Source: Eledone cirrhosa (lineage: Eukaryota). From it: a stretch of 64,000 nucleotides of DNA. Location: positions 50,902,001 to 50,966,000 of the forward strand of contig OZ024744.1 in the NCBI GenBank assembly GCA_964016885.1. Direction: 5' to 3'. Shown in pieces: positions 12,066 through 25,270 of this stretch. Within the stretch, counting starts at the first letter, position 1. Each line of letters begins with the position of its first letter. The translations under genes were made by a program, and so were the position numbers. The notes under the pieces were generated by a model. It saw only the letters and a program-made list of their open reading frames with translations. It was not told the DNA's origin and did no database searches.

Positions 12066-12845
12066 CTGAAGGAGAGGACAATAGACCAGGGGATGTCCAA
12101 GGAGGAAATAACAAGAAGGAGAAAGAGCAGCCCTCATGAAAAATCCTTTCATAGTACCTTCTTTGAGAAAACTGAATTCAGAGATCCACAGACATGGAAC
12201 TGGTTGAAAAGAGGAGACCTTAAAAAGGCTACAGAACGAATGCTAATGGCTGCGCAAGAGCAGGCCGTCAAAACGAAGTGGTTGAAACACCATATTTACA
12301 AAGAGGAGGCTAGCCCACTGTGCAGGATCTGTGGAGAGAGAGAGGAGACTGTGGCTCACATTGTATCCGAGTGTAAACACCTAGCCCAGACTCACTATAA
12401 AGGCTGGAGACATGATGTGATGGGCAGGGTGATCCACTGGCACCTATGCAAAGTAAACAATTTACCACATTCTGAGAAGTGGTATGAGCATAAGCCAGAG
12501 TCGGTGATAGAAAACGATCAGGTGAAGGTGCTGTGGGATTTTAGGATACAGACGGACAAGAAACTGGAACACAATAGACCTGACCTGGTAGTTTTGGACA
12601 AGGAAAAAAGATCGTGCCTGATTGTGGATGTGGCCTGCCCATTCGACACGAGAGTGCAAGAGAAGGAGAGGGAGAAAATTAACCGATACCAGGACTTAAA
12701 GTGGGAGGTAAAAAAGAGGGTTCTTGCTGGGAACAGCAAGAACCCTCCGATACGTCCTGAATATCTGAGGCTGCAGGTAGTGGCTTGATATTCATTTCAA
12801 CAAACTTTCCAGTTAACTGACATCAATGACTGAGACTCAAAGAGC
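12066..12845 (+). mobile_element. R4/Dong-type LINE 3' fragment, second tandem copy with an internal deletion near 12720
   Basis: AQEQA...CRICGEREETVAHIVSEC...RHD...NRPD; same 3' UTR as 11955-12028; (AAT)n flanks. Confidence 0.88.
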
Positions 12846-12867
12846 AATAATAATAATAATAATAATA

Positions 12868-13505
12868 ATTTCTTTATTGGTCACAAGGGCTGACATCAAG
12901 AAAAACATTAAAGACGGCACAGGACGGTACAGGACGGTACGATGTGGGTTTTGTACGTGTAAATATTTTTATTATTTATATAAGAAAAGAAAAAAAAGGA
13001 CATAGAAACATATATATATATATATATATATATATAAACAATAAAAATGAAAATTGAAACAATGAAAAATTCCCCAATAGGGGGGAAACCTTCGAGGGTT
13101 ACTCGTGGCGAAAGCCACACAAAAGACTACGGCCACCCTGACCACCAGGGCAAGCGCCCTCTCTCAATTTTTCTATCTCTCAAACTACAGGCGTATATTC
13201 AGAGTGGTCCCGTTCACGCGGACCATTCTCGCTACATTCACCCACCTTTCAACAAACTTGCTAGAAGGCAGCACTTGCCTCTCCACCGTGATTTTCCTCT
13301 TCAAGTGAAACTTGAAAAAGTTAATTAGGGATTCGCCGAAGAGGAAAGTGTCTGTCTTTAACCCTTTTAACCTTGTCCACCACACAATCTCTTTCGCCAT
13401 GGCTACCAGGCAGATGAAAACCGCCTCCCCTTCCTCCTCGAAGGAAGATGGGGAGACCATCTGCACAATGGACTCAGTCGATAACCGGATCAGTCCTACA
13501 CGCGA
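12868..13505 (-). mobile_element. Tx1 family B 3' fragment
   Basis: Near-identical to 7947-8560. Its (ATT)n tail is shared tail-to-tail with the Dong fragment. Confidence 0.9.
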
Positions 13506-13512
13506 TAGAACG

Positions 13513-16336
13513 CTTTCTTTATTAACCACAAGGGTTTACACAAAGTAAGACATTAAGGACAATACAGGACGGTACAAATGGGCATTTCTGCGTGTAAAAA
13601 AAACAAAAACAGAGGATGTAACAAAAAAGAAACAATGAAAAATTCCCCAATAGGGGGGAGATTTCCGAGGGACATTCGTGGAGAAAGCACATTAAAAAAG
13701 CCACGGTGACCCTGACCACCAGGGCAAGTGCCCTCTCCCAGTTCTTCACCTTCAATTAACAGGCACATACTCAGAGTAGGCCCATTCACACGGGCCATTC
13801 TTGCCTCTCTCACCCATCTTTCAACAAAATGCTGGGAAGAGAGCACTTCCCTCTCTACCCTGATTTTCCTTTTCAAATGAAATTTCAAAAAGTTAATCAG
13901 GACATCACCGAAGAGGTAAGTGCTCGTCTTCAGCCCTTTCAAACGTGTCCACCATACTATCTCTTTCGCCATGGCCACCAGATAGATAAAAACTGCCTGC
14001 CCTTCCCGTCTAAAGGAAGAGGGCGGGGCAATCCTCACGATGGACTCAGCTGATAGCTGGATCCGTCCTACACGTGACAGCAGGTGTTCGACATAAACCC
14101 ACAAGTCAGCAATGCTCGGACACTGGACGAGTGCGGGATGGTTTCGTCGCCCTGCGCGCATCTCGGACATGCCCGGCTGACAGCACCTCCATGCTTATAG
14201 AGTTTATCCCGAACTGGCAAAGCTCCTCGGTAGCACTGCCAGGCCAGGTATTTCTGGAAGTTGTCCATAGGCCCCGGCCCGAAAGTTCCTCCGAAGAGAT
14301 TGGCTAGTTGATTTTCGTCGACGCCTAGAGTTTAGACAAGTACGTCGTCGCTCTTCCCCGCCACTAATACTCTATAGAACGCCAAGTTGGAGTTTCCACC
14401 GATCACATTGCCTGACTGGTCGAGGGTCTTCGCTTGACCCAGGACTGTAGCTCTGTCAAGGAGACGAGCTGAGGAAAGACGCGTCTAGCAAACGGCGACC
14501 ACACCTGATCACTGTTGAGGAAGGAGTGGGGATGTCGTAGTCTCAGCGCGTATCTGCGCATCATCAGCCATGGCATGCCCAGCCCTCCACGTAGCGGGTG
14601 TTGACAACAGAAGGACCGCCTGACCATCGGAGCGCGTCCCTTCCACAAAAATCGAAAGAGCAAACGCTCCAGCGCAATCAGGCGAGGATTAGGACAAGGC
14701 ACACACGGTCAGGCGGTAGTAGATGACGGACGCGATGTACGCATTCGCCAACTCCGCTCGACCTTACAGGGATAGCTTCCTCTCTGCTCATTTCTGGGTG
14801 AGAGAAGCCACCCTGCTCGTCACCTCATCCCAGCTTTTGTCCATTTGGAGATCCGGACCGAACCAGACCCCTAGAAATTTAACTGGTCTATCCGTCCAGC
14901 GCCTGACGACGCTGTTGGACGGCATGGACCTGTCTCGCCAGGTGCCGAGCTGCAGGCCCACCGACTTTTCCTGGTTGATCATTGCTCCTGTCACCGCTTG
15001 ATCATTGCTCCTGTAGTGCCGATCGCCTCGATGTGTTTGGAGTTCAACACCACTACGGTGACATCGTCCTCATATGCTGACACGGATCTTCCGCATCCTA
15101 GTTCGCGCGGGACGCCCCTCAATGTCTCCAGTTTGTGCAGTAATGGCTCGAGAGTCAATACGTACAAGAGGGACGAGAGGGGACATCCTTGGCGGACCGA
15201 GCGCATGAAGTTGAACGGTTCCGAAAGGTGACCGTTCATTCTCACCACAGAGCAAATGTCGCTGTGCATGGCAGCGATCCAGCCTCTGAAGACGGGCCCA
15301 AAGCCAACCGCCGCCAGATAACAATGGTCGACCCTATCGAAAGCTTTCGACTAATCGAAATTGATCAAGGACCCACCCGTGCCAGGTTCCCTAGCTACCC
15401 TCTCCACGATGTATCGCATGAGGTGGAGGTTGTTGTGGATGGATCTGTCTGGAATGGCGCATGTCTGCGCCTCACCCACCAGACCACCAACGTCAAGCGC
15501 CAACGTCTTTGATAGCACCTTGGCCAAAATCTTGAACTCTGTGTTTAGCAGAGTTATGGGCCTGAAATTATCTATGTTATCCCCCTTGTTCGGATCCTTT
15601 CTCAGCAGCGCCACCGCTCCTCGGCTCACAGAGCTGGGAATTCTCCCGTTCTGTTGCCAGTTGCAGTAGACAAACGCCAAGAGGCCTCCGAACAAGTCAG
15701 GCCTCTGTACGTAAAGTTCATAGGGCAGACCATCCAAACCAGGCGATTTACCCCTTGTGCAACCAGTCATTTCCTCCCGTACTTAAGCGGCTGTTATCGG
15801 CTTTTCGCAACACTCTGCCTCAGTGGCCGAGAGCCGCGGCAGTCCGTCGAGGTAGACACTAAAGTCCATCCCTCGATTCGGCCCGCCGCTGCACCCGAAC
15901 AACTGAGCGAAGTGTCGCTGAAAAGCTTCACACATTTTCCCGGGATCGAGTAGCATGCGCCCGTCGTGGTCCACCAAAGACGGATCGTGGCTTTGTTGCC
16001 ACGACGCGCCTCCGCCACTCGGGCCCATTGAATGGCTTTCGTCCCCTCGTGTCTGAGAGCACGCACACTAGCTATGACAACGCAGCCTTCGTGCTTTGCA
16101 TTGAAGAATTGGTCAAGGGCCAATTTCGCCGCAAGTACGTCGGTCGCGATGCCTTTGCTAAGCACCTCGTCTAATTTTCTAACTAGTTCTCCCTCTGCTC
16201 TATTTTTCTCTATAGCTGAAGCCTTACTAAACCTAATGGACTCTATTCTAATCGCTCTTTTCAGAGCAAACCACCACTTGTTGTTGACGATGGCCCCCGT
16301 CAACGCCCGCTTAACTAGTTCGCTAATCCGGTCTCT
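13513..16336 (-). mobile_element. Tx1 family B-related subfamily, 5'-truncated and degenerate
   Basis: ORFs 15794-16375, 15351-15770, 14991-15269, 14403-14702 and 13553-14170 carry RT/zinc motifs; diverged 3' UTR. Confidence 0.9.
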
Positions 16337-16355
16337 TATTAATAATAATAATAAT

Positions 16356-17853
16356 GGTTTCTTTATTGGCCACAAGGGCTAACACGAAGAAAAACATTAC
16401 AGACGGCACAGAACGGTACAGGACGATACAAAGTGTGTTTTGGCCGTGTAAAAAGGTTATAACAAGATAGAAATATAAAAAAATATTCAAACAACAAAAA
16501 ATTCCCCAATAGGGGGAAACCTCCGAGGGTTACTCGTGGCGAAAACCACACAAAAGACCACGGCCACCCTGACCACCAGGGCAAGCGCCCCCCTCAATTT
16601 TTCCATTTCTCAAACTACAGGCGTATATTCTCGCTACATTCACCCACCTTTCAACAAACTTGCTAGAAAGCAGTACTTGCCTCTCCACCCTGATTTTCCT
16701 CTTCAAGTGAAACTTGAAAAAGTTAATTAGGGATTCGTCGAAGAAGAAAGTGTCTGTCTTTAACCCTTTCAACCTTGTCCACCACACAATCTCTTTCACC
16801 ATGGCCACCAGGCAGATGAAAACTGCCTGCCCTTCCTCCTCTTTAAAGGAGGATGGTGGGGCTATCTGCACAATGGACTCAGTCGATAACTGGATCAGTC
16901 CTACACGCGACAGCAACTGTTCTACATAGCTCCACAAGTCAGCAATCCTCGGGCACTGAACGAGTGCGTGCACGACGGTTTCGTCGCCCTGCGCGCATCT
17001 CCGATAGACTCGGCTGACAGCACCTCCATGCCTGTAGAGCTTATCCCGAACCGGCAACGCTCCCCGGTAGCACTTCCAGGCCAGAGATTTTTGGAAGTTG
17101 TCCATAGGGCCCGGTCTGAAAGTTCTCTTGAAGAGAGCGAACAGCTGATCGTCTTCGCCCCGAGAATGTCGTCGCTCCTTCCCTCCACTAGCCCTCTATA
17201 GAACGCCGAGGTGGATGTTCCACCGATATTAGTACCCAGCTGGTAGAGGGCTTGGAGACATTCCAGCTTCCAAGCGCTATCCCTCGGTCTTTTCCTGATC
17301 CAGGACTGCAGCTCCGTCAAGGAGAGGAGCTGGGGAAAAGCGCGTCTAGCAAACGGCGACCACACCTGTTCACTGTCAAGGAAGCACCAGAGATGTCGCA
17401 GTCTCAGCGTATGTTTGCGCATCATCAGCCACGGTATGCCTAGTCCTCCACGTAATGGGTGTTGTCAGCAAATGGATCGTCTGACCATGGGAGCACGTCT
17501 CTTCCACAAAAAGCGGAAGAGAAGGCGCTCCATTTTAGTCAGAGATGGGCGGGGGCAAGGTACGACGGTGAGGCGGTAGCAGATGACGGACGCTATGTAC
17601 GCATTCGCCACCTCCGCCCGACCTTTCAGAGACAGCCTCCTCTCGGCCCATTTCTGGGTGAAGGAGGCCACCCTGCTCGTCACCTCGCTCCATTTTTTCT
17701 CCATCTGGAGGTCCGGACCGAACCAGACCCCGAGCAATTTAACCGGTCCTTCCGATCAGCGCCCCACGACGCTGTCGGACGGCATGGACTTGCTTCTCCA
17801 GGTGCGGAGTTGCAAGCCCACCGACTTTTCCTGGTTTATCTTTGCTCCTGTCA
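16356..17853 (-). mobile_element. Tx1 family B, 5'-truncated, (ATT)n tail
   Basis: ORFs 17465-17737, 16922-17425 and 16530-17105; 3' end gtggccaataaagaaacc(att)n. Confidence 0.9.
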
Positions 17854-17934
17854 TCTGAGAAAGCCTCCACCTCACACGTGATTTCACATCCTGGAGTTCC
17901 TTATGCAACATATTCTTCTCATACATACATACAT

Positions 17935-20900
17935 CAGTCAACGCGATCAATCGCATATTTTGGCGTGGGAGACTTTTTATTAAATTTTAGATGAATACTA
18001 TCTCCGACAGTAATGCCACAACTACAGCCAGGTTGAATAACTGGTTATTCTTCTAACTATCCCTTCTGAAGACACGTTTTATTCGAATTCGTAGAGATAT
18101 CCGACTAAATACATAATTCATTTTACAAGGATTTGCTACAAACAGCATGGCTGAACACAACATCAACAAAAAAATTAAGGAAGTATCGAAGACAAATAAC
18201 AAAGAAGGTAATCAAACTTTATTCAGTTGTAGCTACAGAAGAAACCGAAATTATAAATCGCATTTCTCTTGGAGTTGCGAACTTAATCATGATTTATTTA
18301 ATTGTTATAAAATGGCAAAAAACAATCCCTCCATTGTCTATATGAATAGAATGAAGCTACACTGGGACGAAATGCACCCAGAGCTAAATTATTTCACAGC
18401 GAAACAATTACGCCAACAAGCGACGTTTGTTGAACGTAAAAATAAGATAAATATTATTAATTGTAAGTCCCCCACAACAAACATGGAATCAACAACACGT
18501 GTTACAGGTCGCCATGCTACTAGACTTCCTAACAGCCAGGTCGAACAGCGCCTTGAAACAACTATGCCTGTAAGAAACTTGACACCACCTGTACCATCTA
18601 AGTCTACCTCGAATGCTGGGGAAAACACTATCGATAATAATAATAATCGAAGAAATAATAATAATAATCGAATAAATGTGACACCACGTATACCATCCGA
18701 GTCTACCTCGACTGTTGGGGAAAATACTATCGATAATGATAATAATCATAAGTATAAACAATTGAAAATTTCCCTCAACGAAATCTTCCAGAGAGAAATT
18801 AACTCCTGTATAAATATCTCTCTGGCTGAACGTGTTAAAATGACAATGGTGAATAAAAAACCAAATAATGAAATACTACGGGTTATTGACGAAATATGGG
18901 ATGAATATTTACGACGGATAAAAACCCCAACATTTTGGCAAATCAACGCCTGTTTATATGCCTTAGCAATGACAGTGAAGCATTATCTTGGTGATAACAG
19001 AGATATTAACAAGAACAAAACACCATCAAAAATACCATCATATATAACTAAAATAAAAAAAAAGAGTGCTGACCTACGAAAAACATAGGACATGTGACAA
19101 TGCTCCTTACATGCAAACAAACACAAAAAAACCTCACTCCTCACCAACAAAGAGTGAAAAATAAAATAGAGACGATGTTTGGTAACAATAGAACCAGAAC
19201 TCTCCAATATAAGCTGATCACCCTCAAACAAGAATTGAGAGCTGTTAGCGAAAAACGCCGATACCTGAAGAAGGTAGATGAGAGAAGAATGCTTAATAAA
19301 AGATTCAGACGAAACCAAACATCAGTCTATAGAGATATGAAGGGCAAAATAATAAGTGTCACTGAGGACCCATCCCAGAAAGACATAGATTCCTTTTGGA
19401 GAAAAATATGGGGGAAAAGAAGAATTTCAACCAAGATGCAGTGTGGCTAAGAGAAATCCGAAAGAACTATTGCTCCTACACTACAACAAAAACATACGAA
19501 ATAAGTGAGGGTACCCTTGAGACTGTGATAGGAAAACTCCAAGATAAGAAAACACCAGGAAGAGACATGATTGTCGACTACTGGTACAAAAAAACTAATA
19601 TTCTATAGGAGGTATCTTACTGACCTCTACCAACAAGTTCTTAAGGGAGATACACTTATAACAGAATGGTTGACATTAGCACAAACGTTACTGGTCCCCA
19701 AGAAAAAAGACACCCACTTGGCAAAAAACTACCGACCCATTGCATGCCAGAACCTGATGTATAAGATGTATATAGCCTGCCTGAACCTATTCCTCCAAGA
19801 TCACTGTGAAAATAATAACATCATCACAGATGAACAAGCAGCTGGAAAGAAAGGGGTTTGGGGATGTGCTGAACAACTTCTAATCAACAAAACTGCGATG
19901 TCGGAGGTGCGACAACTTAGGAGGAATATGACTACAGTCTGGCTGGACTACAGGAAAGCTTTCGATTCTGTTCCCCACTCTTGGATGATAGAGGCCCTCC
20001 AACTTGCTAAAGTCCCAGACATTATTGTCAGAGCCATAGAGAGGCTGTCTTCTTCTTGGGCTACTATCCTAAGGTTAAAGACAGAGAGGGAGGACTCTAT
20101 TTTCACTGATAAAATAAAATATTGCAGGGGTATATTTCAGGGGGACAGTCTCTCTGTGATATTGTTCATCTTGTCATTAAACCCCTTTTCCTTTCTGCTC
20201 AAGAAATGTGAGGGATATATCATTAGCTCACAGGAGGACAGAAATACGAACCTAACCCATAACTTCTTTGTGGACGATCTATGACTCTATGCCAAGAACA
20301 TGGATGGGATGAAGAAAAATCTTGACCTGGTTACAACGCTCTCAAAGGATATAGGAATGGAGTTTGGCCAAGATAAATGCTCATACATGACTGTAAAGCG
20401 GGGAAAAACAACAACCCAATCTAGCAACATTGTCATCAATGGTCTAACTGTTTTACCGATATCTGATGAGGACTGCTACAGATACCTGGGGATAGATGAG
20501 AACATATCCTATAATGGTATCTGTAATAAAGAACGCGTAACCAGGGAATACTACACCCGATTAAGAAAGATCTGGTCATCGGAACTCTCTGCGCAAAACA
20601 AAACAGTGGCTCACAATGTGTTTGCTGTGCCTGTCCTAACACCAACGTTTGGAATACTCAATTGGACGATAGACGAAATCCGAGCAGTTGATGTTGGAAC
20701 TCGAAAAATACTGAACAACACCGGAAACTTACACATCAACAGTGACATAGACCGCCTTTACTTGAAACGTAAGCAGGGAGGTAGAGGCCTAACATCAGTC
20801 CAGACAACATTTGAATGTCACATCATATCTCTCCCACAACATCTACGAACCTCGAAGCGTAGGAGCCCGTCTTTCGAGCAAGTCTATCTGCATGAAACAG

Positions 20901-22060
20901 ATAAGATCTTGAGAGTTGGGAAGGAACTCCTTGAGAGATATTCCCTGTGTGATAATCAAAAACTCACACCCAGGGATGTCGCTCAGCAGTATCGCAGTGA
21001 ATCCATGGATGAAAAACTGCATGCCTATCAGCAAAAAATCATGCATGGATATGTTGCCAGGAAGCTCCAAAGTGAGAGTAATATAGATAAGGAAAGTAGT
21101 CTATCTTGGACCAACAACCGCTATATTGGCTCCCACTTTGAAGGATACGCTTTTGCAATCCAAGAACAGGAGATTAGCACGAAATACCTGATTCACAAAA
21201 GAGATAGGGATGCAGGCAAAACACCTAGATGTGATAACAAATGCAGACTCTGCAGAACTAACATCGAGGATATCACCCAAGTCATCAGCAGCTGCCCAAA
21301 GGTGTCATCGCGGTACTATCTACCTATGAGGCATGATGTAGTGGCCAAAACACTGTACAATGCAGTTCGTAAAAAAGATAGCCCCGATAATAAACACATT
21401 AAAAGCTACAACAATGTGGAAGACATCCATGTACATAATATGAAAGAGTACTGGTGGAATGTTCCAGTAAAAACCCCAATAAAATACAGGCATAACAGAC
21501 CAGATATTATGATATGGGACAGGGAGAAGAAAACATGCACAGTAGTGGAAATTAGCTGCCCAGCAGATGCCAATATAATATCAAAGATTAGTGAAAAGGA
21601 GAATATTTATGCAGAACTGATGAGAAATCTGCAGATACTCCACCCTGATTACACCTTCAGATTTATGCCTGTGATTATTGGGACACTGGGGTATGTTAGT
21701 AACTGCCTCAATACAAATCTTGAGAAGCTAGCCTTCACAGGAACAGAAAGAACACGACTAGTTAGGAAATTACAAGTACAATCCATTAATGGAACAGTAA
21801 AAATATGTAAAACATTCCAAAAATTTTGCATCTAATAACTGCATATACACATGTACAGATACAAAACATATACACATGCACACATACAACTCAAAACATA
21901 CACATCCACACATACAATAACATCCATATCTACACATGCATACATACATAATCTACCCAGTTGGTGTTGTGTAAATTCCAATGAGAGAGTCTTGTGTCTA
22001 TGTTAGAAACCGACTCTCTCTCTATTGGTAACACTTTGTGAAATTATAAAACCAGAAGAA
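17935..22060 (+). mobile_element. Apparently full-length R4-clade (RLE-type) LINE flanked by (CATA)n
   Basis: Starts right after atacatacatacat and ends accagaagaa-cacacatacatacata; single long disrupted ORF. Confidence 0.88.
18147..21835 (+). pseudogene. R4-type single ORF (N-terminal domain, RT, CCHC, PD-D/ExK endonuclease) with stops and frameshifts
   Basis: W..ELN..L..CY..A...YMNRMKLHWDEMHP N-terminus; NYRPIAC, WLDYRKAFDSVPH, GIFQGDSLS, FVDDL; CRLC..EDITQVISSC..RHD..NRPD..VEISCP. Breaks at ~19088, ~19415, ~19590 and 20282. Confidence 0.88.
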
Positions 22061-22310
22061 CACACATACATACATACATACATACATACAATGCTATAGA
22101 TGCATTCTGAAATACTGTATATATACAGGCAAGGTGTTTAGTTCAGTTTATACATAAAGTATTGGTTAAAATCTATAGATATATTTTGTAGTAAATTATA
22201 CACAGAAAATCCAGAGAGGGATAGGCTCCACCAGGCTTAAAATAGCGAAGACACGTCATATGCCCGTACGATTCCATCAGGATTTACAGGACAATACCGC
22301 ATTATGCCAT

Positions 22311-22487
22311 CAGTGCCGGATTTACCATTATGCTTAGGGGTACTTAAGCACAGAGCCCCGTTGGCCAGGGGGTGGTGGTGTCTTCCTGCCAAAAACCTTT
22401 TTTGATGAATTACCTCCTTCAGGGTCCAAGTAAGGGGCCTCATAACTTAACTTGCATAGGGCCTCATTTGTCCTAAATCAGGCACTA
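22311..22487. mobile_element. hAT-type MITE (177 bp)
   Basis: TIR cagtgccggattta / taaatcaggcacta (12/14 match); perfect 8-bp TSD tatgccat at 22303-22310 and 22488-22495. Confidence 0.85.
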
Positions 22488-23539
22488 TATGCCATACATA
22501 GAAAAAGTGTTTATATATAAAATGTTGCCTAAAACTTATAGACAGATCCACTTCGTCTATACACAAAATGTTTGTAATTCATAATTTTTTTCCCAAGGAC
22601 TTTTATCAACATCTAACTATCTCAATCTTACACCTACAATTACACCTAAAACATATACATTCCAATCAAAATAATTTCTCTAAACTCTGTATCTTTAATA
22701 TAATGTTAACGGGATCAGTAGTTTGTTTGTTGTTACTTTGATGTGTTCTATATTTCTGATGTGTTATCATGTTCACTACATGGGTTCATAATATTCCATT
22801 GCTAACAATAGATATTTCCTTCTTGGTCATTACTCAATTGTTACCAGACTTTTGTAAAAAATCACTTAAAGAGTCACTATTGATCAACCAAGGAGCTTTT
22901 GGGTGTCAAGCCTTAATTCTATACAGTTCGATTAGTGTGTTGTAGTGTGATAGCAACAGGTATGACAACCACTTCGGCTACTGATATCAATCCCATATAG
23001 TTCGATTAGTGTGTTGCAGAGTGATAGGAAGAAGTATGAAGTTATGTGACATGACAATCACTTCGACTATCGATCGATCATTCTTATTGCCACGTGTGTT
23101 CATGAGTTGCACATTAATCAACCTTCACTAAGGAACGAAAACCGAAGACACAACCAGAGCCGGTGCTACCATAACGACTGACTAGGCGGCCAACTATGAC
23201 ACATACCTTAGTGTTGTGTATTGTTGAACATTAAAGGACAACAGTTTCATACAAATTTATATAAAAGAATAAAGTATATATCTAATAATTTCCTATAATA
23301 AATACATCACTAAATAGTTTTACTGCTAAGTGGAGAAGAGGGTCGTATGGTGCTCGGATATGTGAAATAATTTGGCTTAGTAATTTTCGTAGTGTGGTCA
23401 GGTCAGGAAGTGTAACTATAAAGTAGGCCCCTCTCTTGGACTACATAATATATAGTATATATTTGGTGTATGTATAGTGTACATATGATGTAGTTAAAAT
23501 ATATAGATAGTGTGTATATATATATACACTTCTTTGTGT

Positions 23540-23585
<46 letters not shown>

Positions 23586-23677
23586 CGAAGGAAGTGTGGT
23601 AAGGAACCAGGTGGGCCATAACGCACCAGAGTACTCAATATTTAGGGTAGTAGAGTGGATAATAGGAAAATGTTCAA

Positions 23678-23736
23678 GACCCCGACGGCAGAACTCGAGC
23701 CGTTTCGACGGCTATTTCTGGACCACAACATTATCC
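23678..23736 (-). ncRNA. Truncated hammerhead ribozyme (3' half)
   Basis: Minus strand ...ccgtc GAAA cggc tcgagttct gccg TC gives stem III and a GUC site; the CUGANGA half is cut off at a (TA)n junction. Confidence 0.45.
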
Positions 23737-23746
23737 TATATATATA

Positions 23747-24365
23747 TTGCTATACTTTGGGAGGGTTATGCTGCCAATAAAAACACACGCACCTGTTGGT
23801 TTTCACTTCAATTTATTATAAATTTCCTGCTGGTTGTTTGGTTGAATAACCGGATGGTTGTGTATATATTGTCAAAGCCTTTTCGTCACACATTCTGTGA
23901 CCTCCTCAGTGACCAGGTTTTTATTTTGTGCCTCTCCTTTGTTCTGTCTTACACCATCTTGTTTGTGTGTGTTGTATGTTGTGCACTTAGTTTGCGCATG
24001 CGTTACATCTGGGTGTGTGTGTGATTGTTTTTATTCATCTATTTATGTGTTTATTTACTTGTCACTAGTTAGTTGTTTGTTCTATCTGTGTGTGTTTGTT
24101 TTGTTAGTTTGGTTTTTGTGTGTGTCTGTATGTCTTCATTTTGTCCTTAATTACTAGTTGTGATGTTGCTATTCCACTCATGTTTTCTGTTTAATTTTAG
24201 TTGGAGTTCGTTTATATTTGTCGCCTCTGTGATTTGTCTGAGCATTGCATCTTTTCTGTGTGTGGATATACATGCCAAAATAGAACATAGGGGTCCATTA
24301 GAGAACATAGAGATAAAAATTATATCCACACACAGAAAAGATGCAGTGCTCAGACAAAAGCCACG
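23747..24365 (-). mobile_element. Penelope-like element remnant (GIY-YIG C-terminus plus downstream repeat)
   Basis: ISTHRKDAMLRQITEATNINELQLKLNRKHEWN resembles PLE endonuclease ends. The adjoining sequence recurs at 29870-30165, 53960-54340 and 63740-64000. Confidence 0.6.
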
Positions 24366-25087
24366 GACTTATGTTCAGTAGTTGTTTTTGACTTCTCTCT
24401 CTCCCGGTTACTTATATACATACATGTGAATCTCGTGTTCCCCTCCACCTTTACGGTATGTTCTCTGCGTTTTTTTCCTTTTTCCTCCCTTCTGTTTAAT
24501 TTTTTTACTCTCCTTTTTTCCCCAATATCTTCCACAAGTTATTGACGCACCGGAGTTAGACATATTGTCTTTAATGCATTTTTTCATTTTCATATTTTAT
24601 ATTTTTTATATATGTATCGACCTTCAGCCTGACACTGCTTTGACTGATACACTCCCTTCCCTGTATATATCACTTGCATGTATGTGGTTGCGCGTGTGTG
24701 TGTGTTTATACGCGTGCTTTCATACTTGTATGTGTATATATTTCAATCCTTAGTCCCTGAGTCTGTATGTACGTTAACTCTATTATCTTACAATTTCTTT
24801 TTTCAACATATATTATATACGTATTTGTGGTCACACATACACTGATATGCTTGCCCTCACCTATGTACTTACGCACACATTTTTTCACTATACACATGCA
24901 TTTGTACATACACACATATGTACATTTGTGAGTGCATATACACACATTTATACACATACCCTAACTATATTTCCTTATTTTATTTTTATATATCTCTTGC
25001 ATTACTTTTATTTATATATTTTTTTGCCCGTTAAACTTTTGCCTTTCTTGAGGAGATTTTTCAAATATTTCACTATGTTTTAAATTG

Positions 25088-25162
25088 CCTTGTCTGACGA
25101 ACGAATGAGGACGTTTCTTGTATTCGTCTTATTCGGGAAACCTCTGGTAATGAGGTAATTAT
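25088..25162 (+). ncRNA. Hammerhead ribozyme-like motif
   Basis: CTGACGA, stem II cgaatgaggacg/cgtcttattcg, GAAA, stem III cctc/gagg, GUA site; stem I is weak. Confidence 0.55.
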
Positions 25163-25270
25163 ATTGTATTGTTTATTATATATTAAATTTAGCTCTGTAA
25201 CTTACATAGAGCACTCTTCACTCCTATGACTTTTTAATTTTCAACGGAAACTTCAATACTTATATACATA

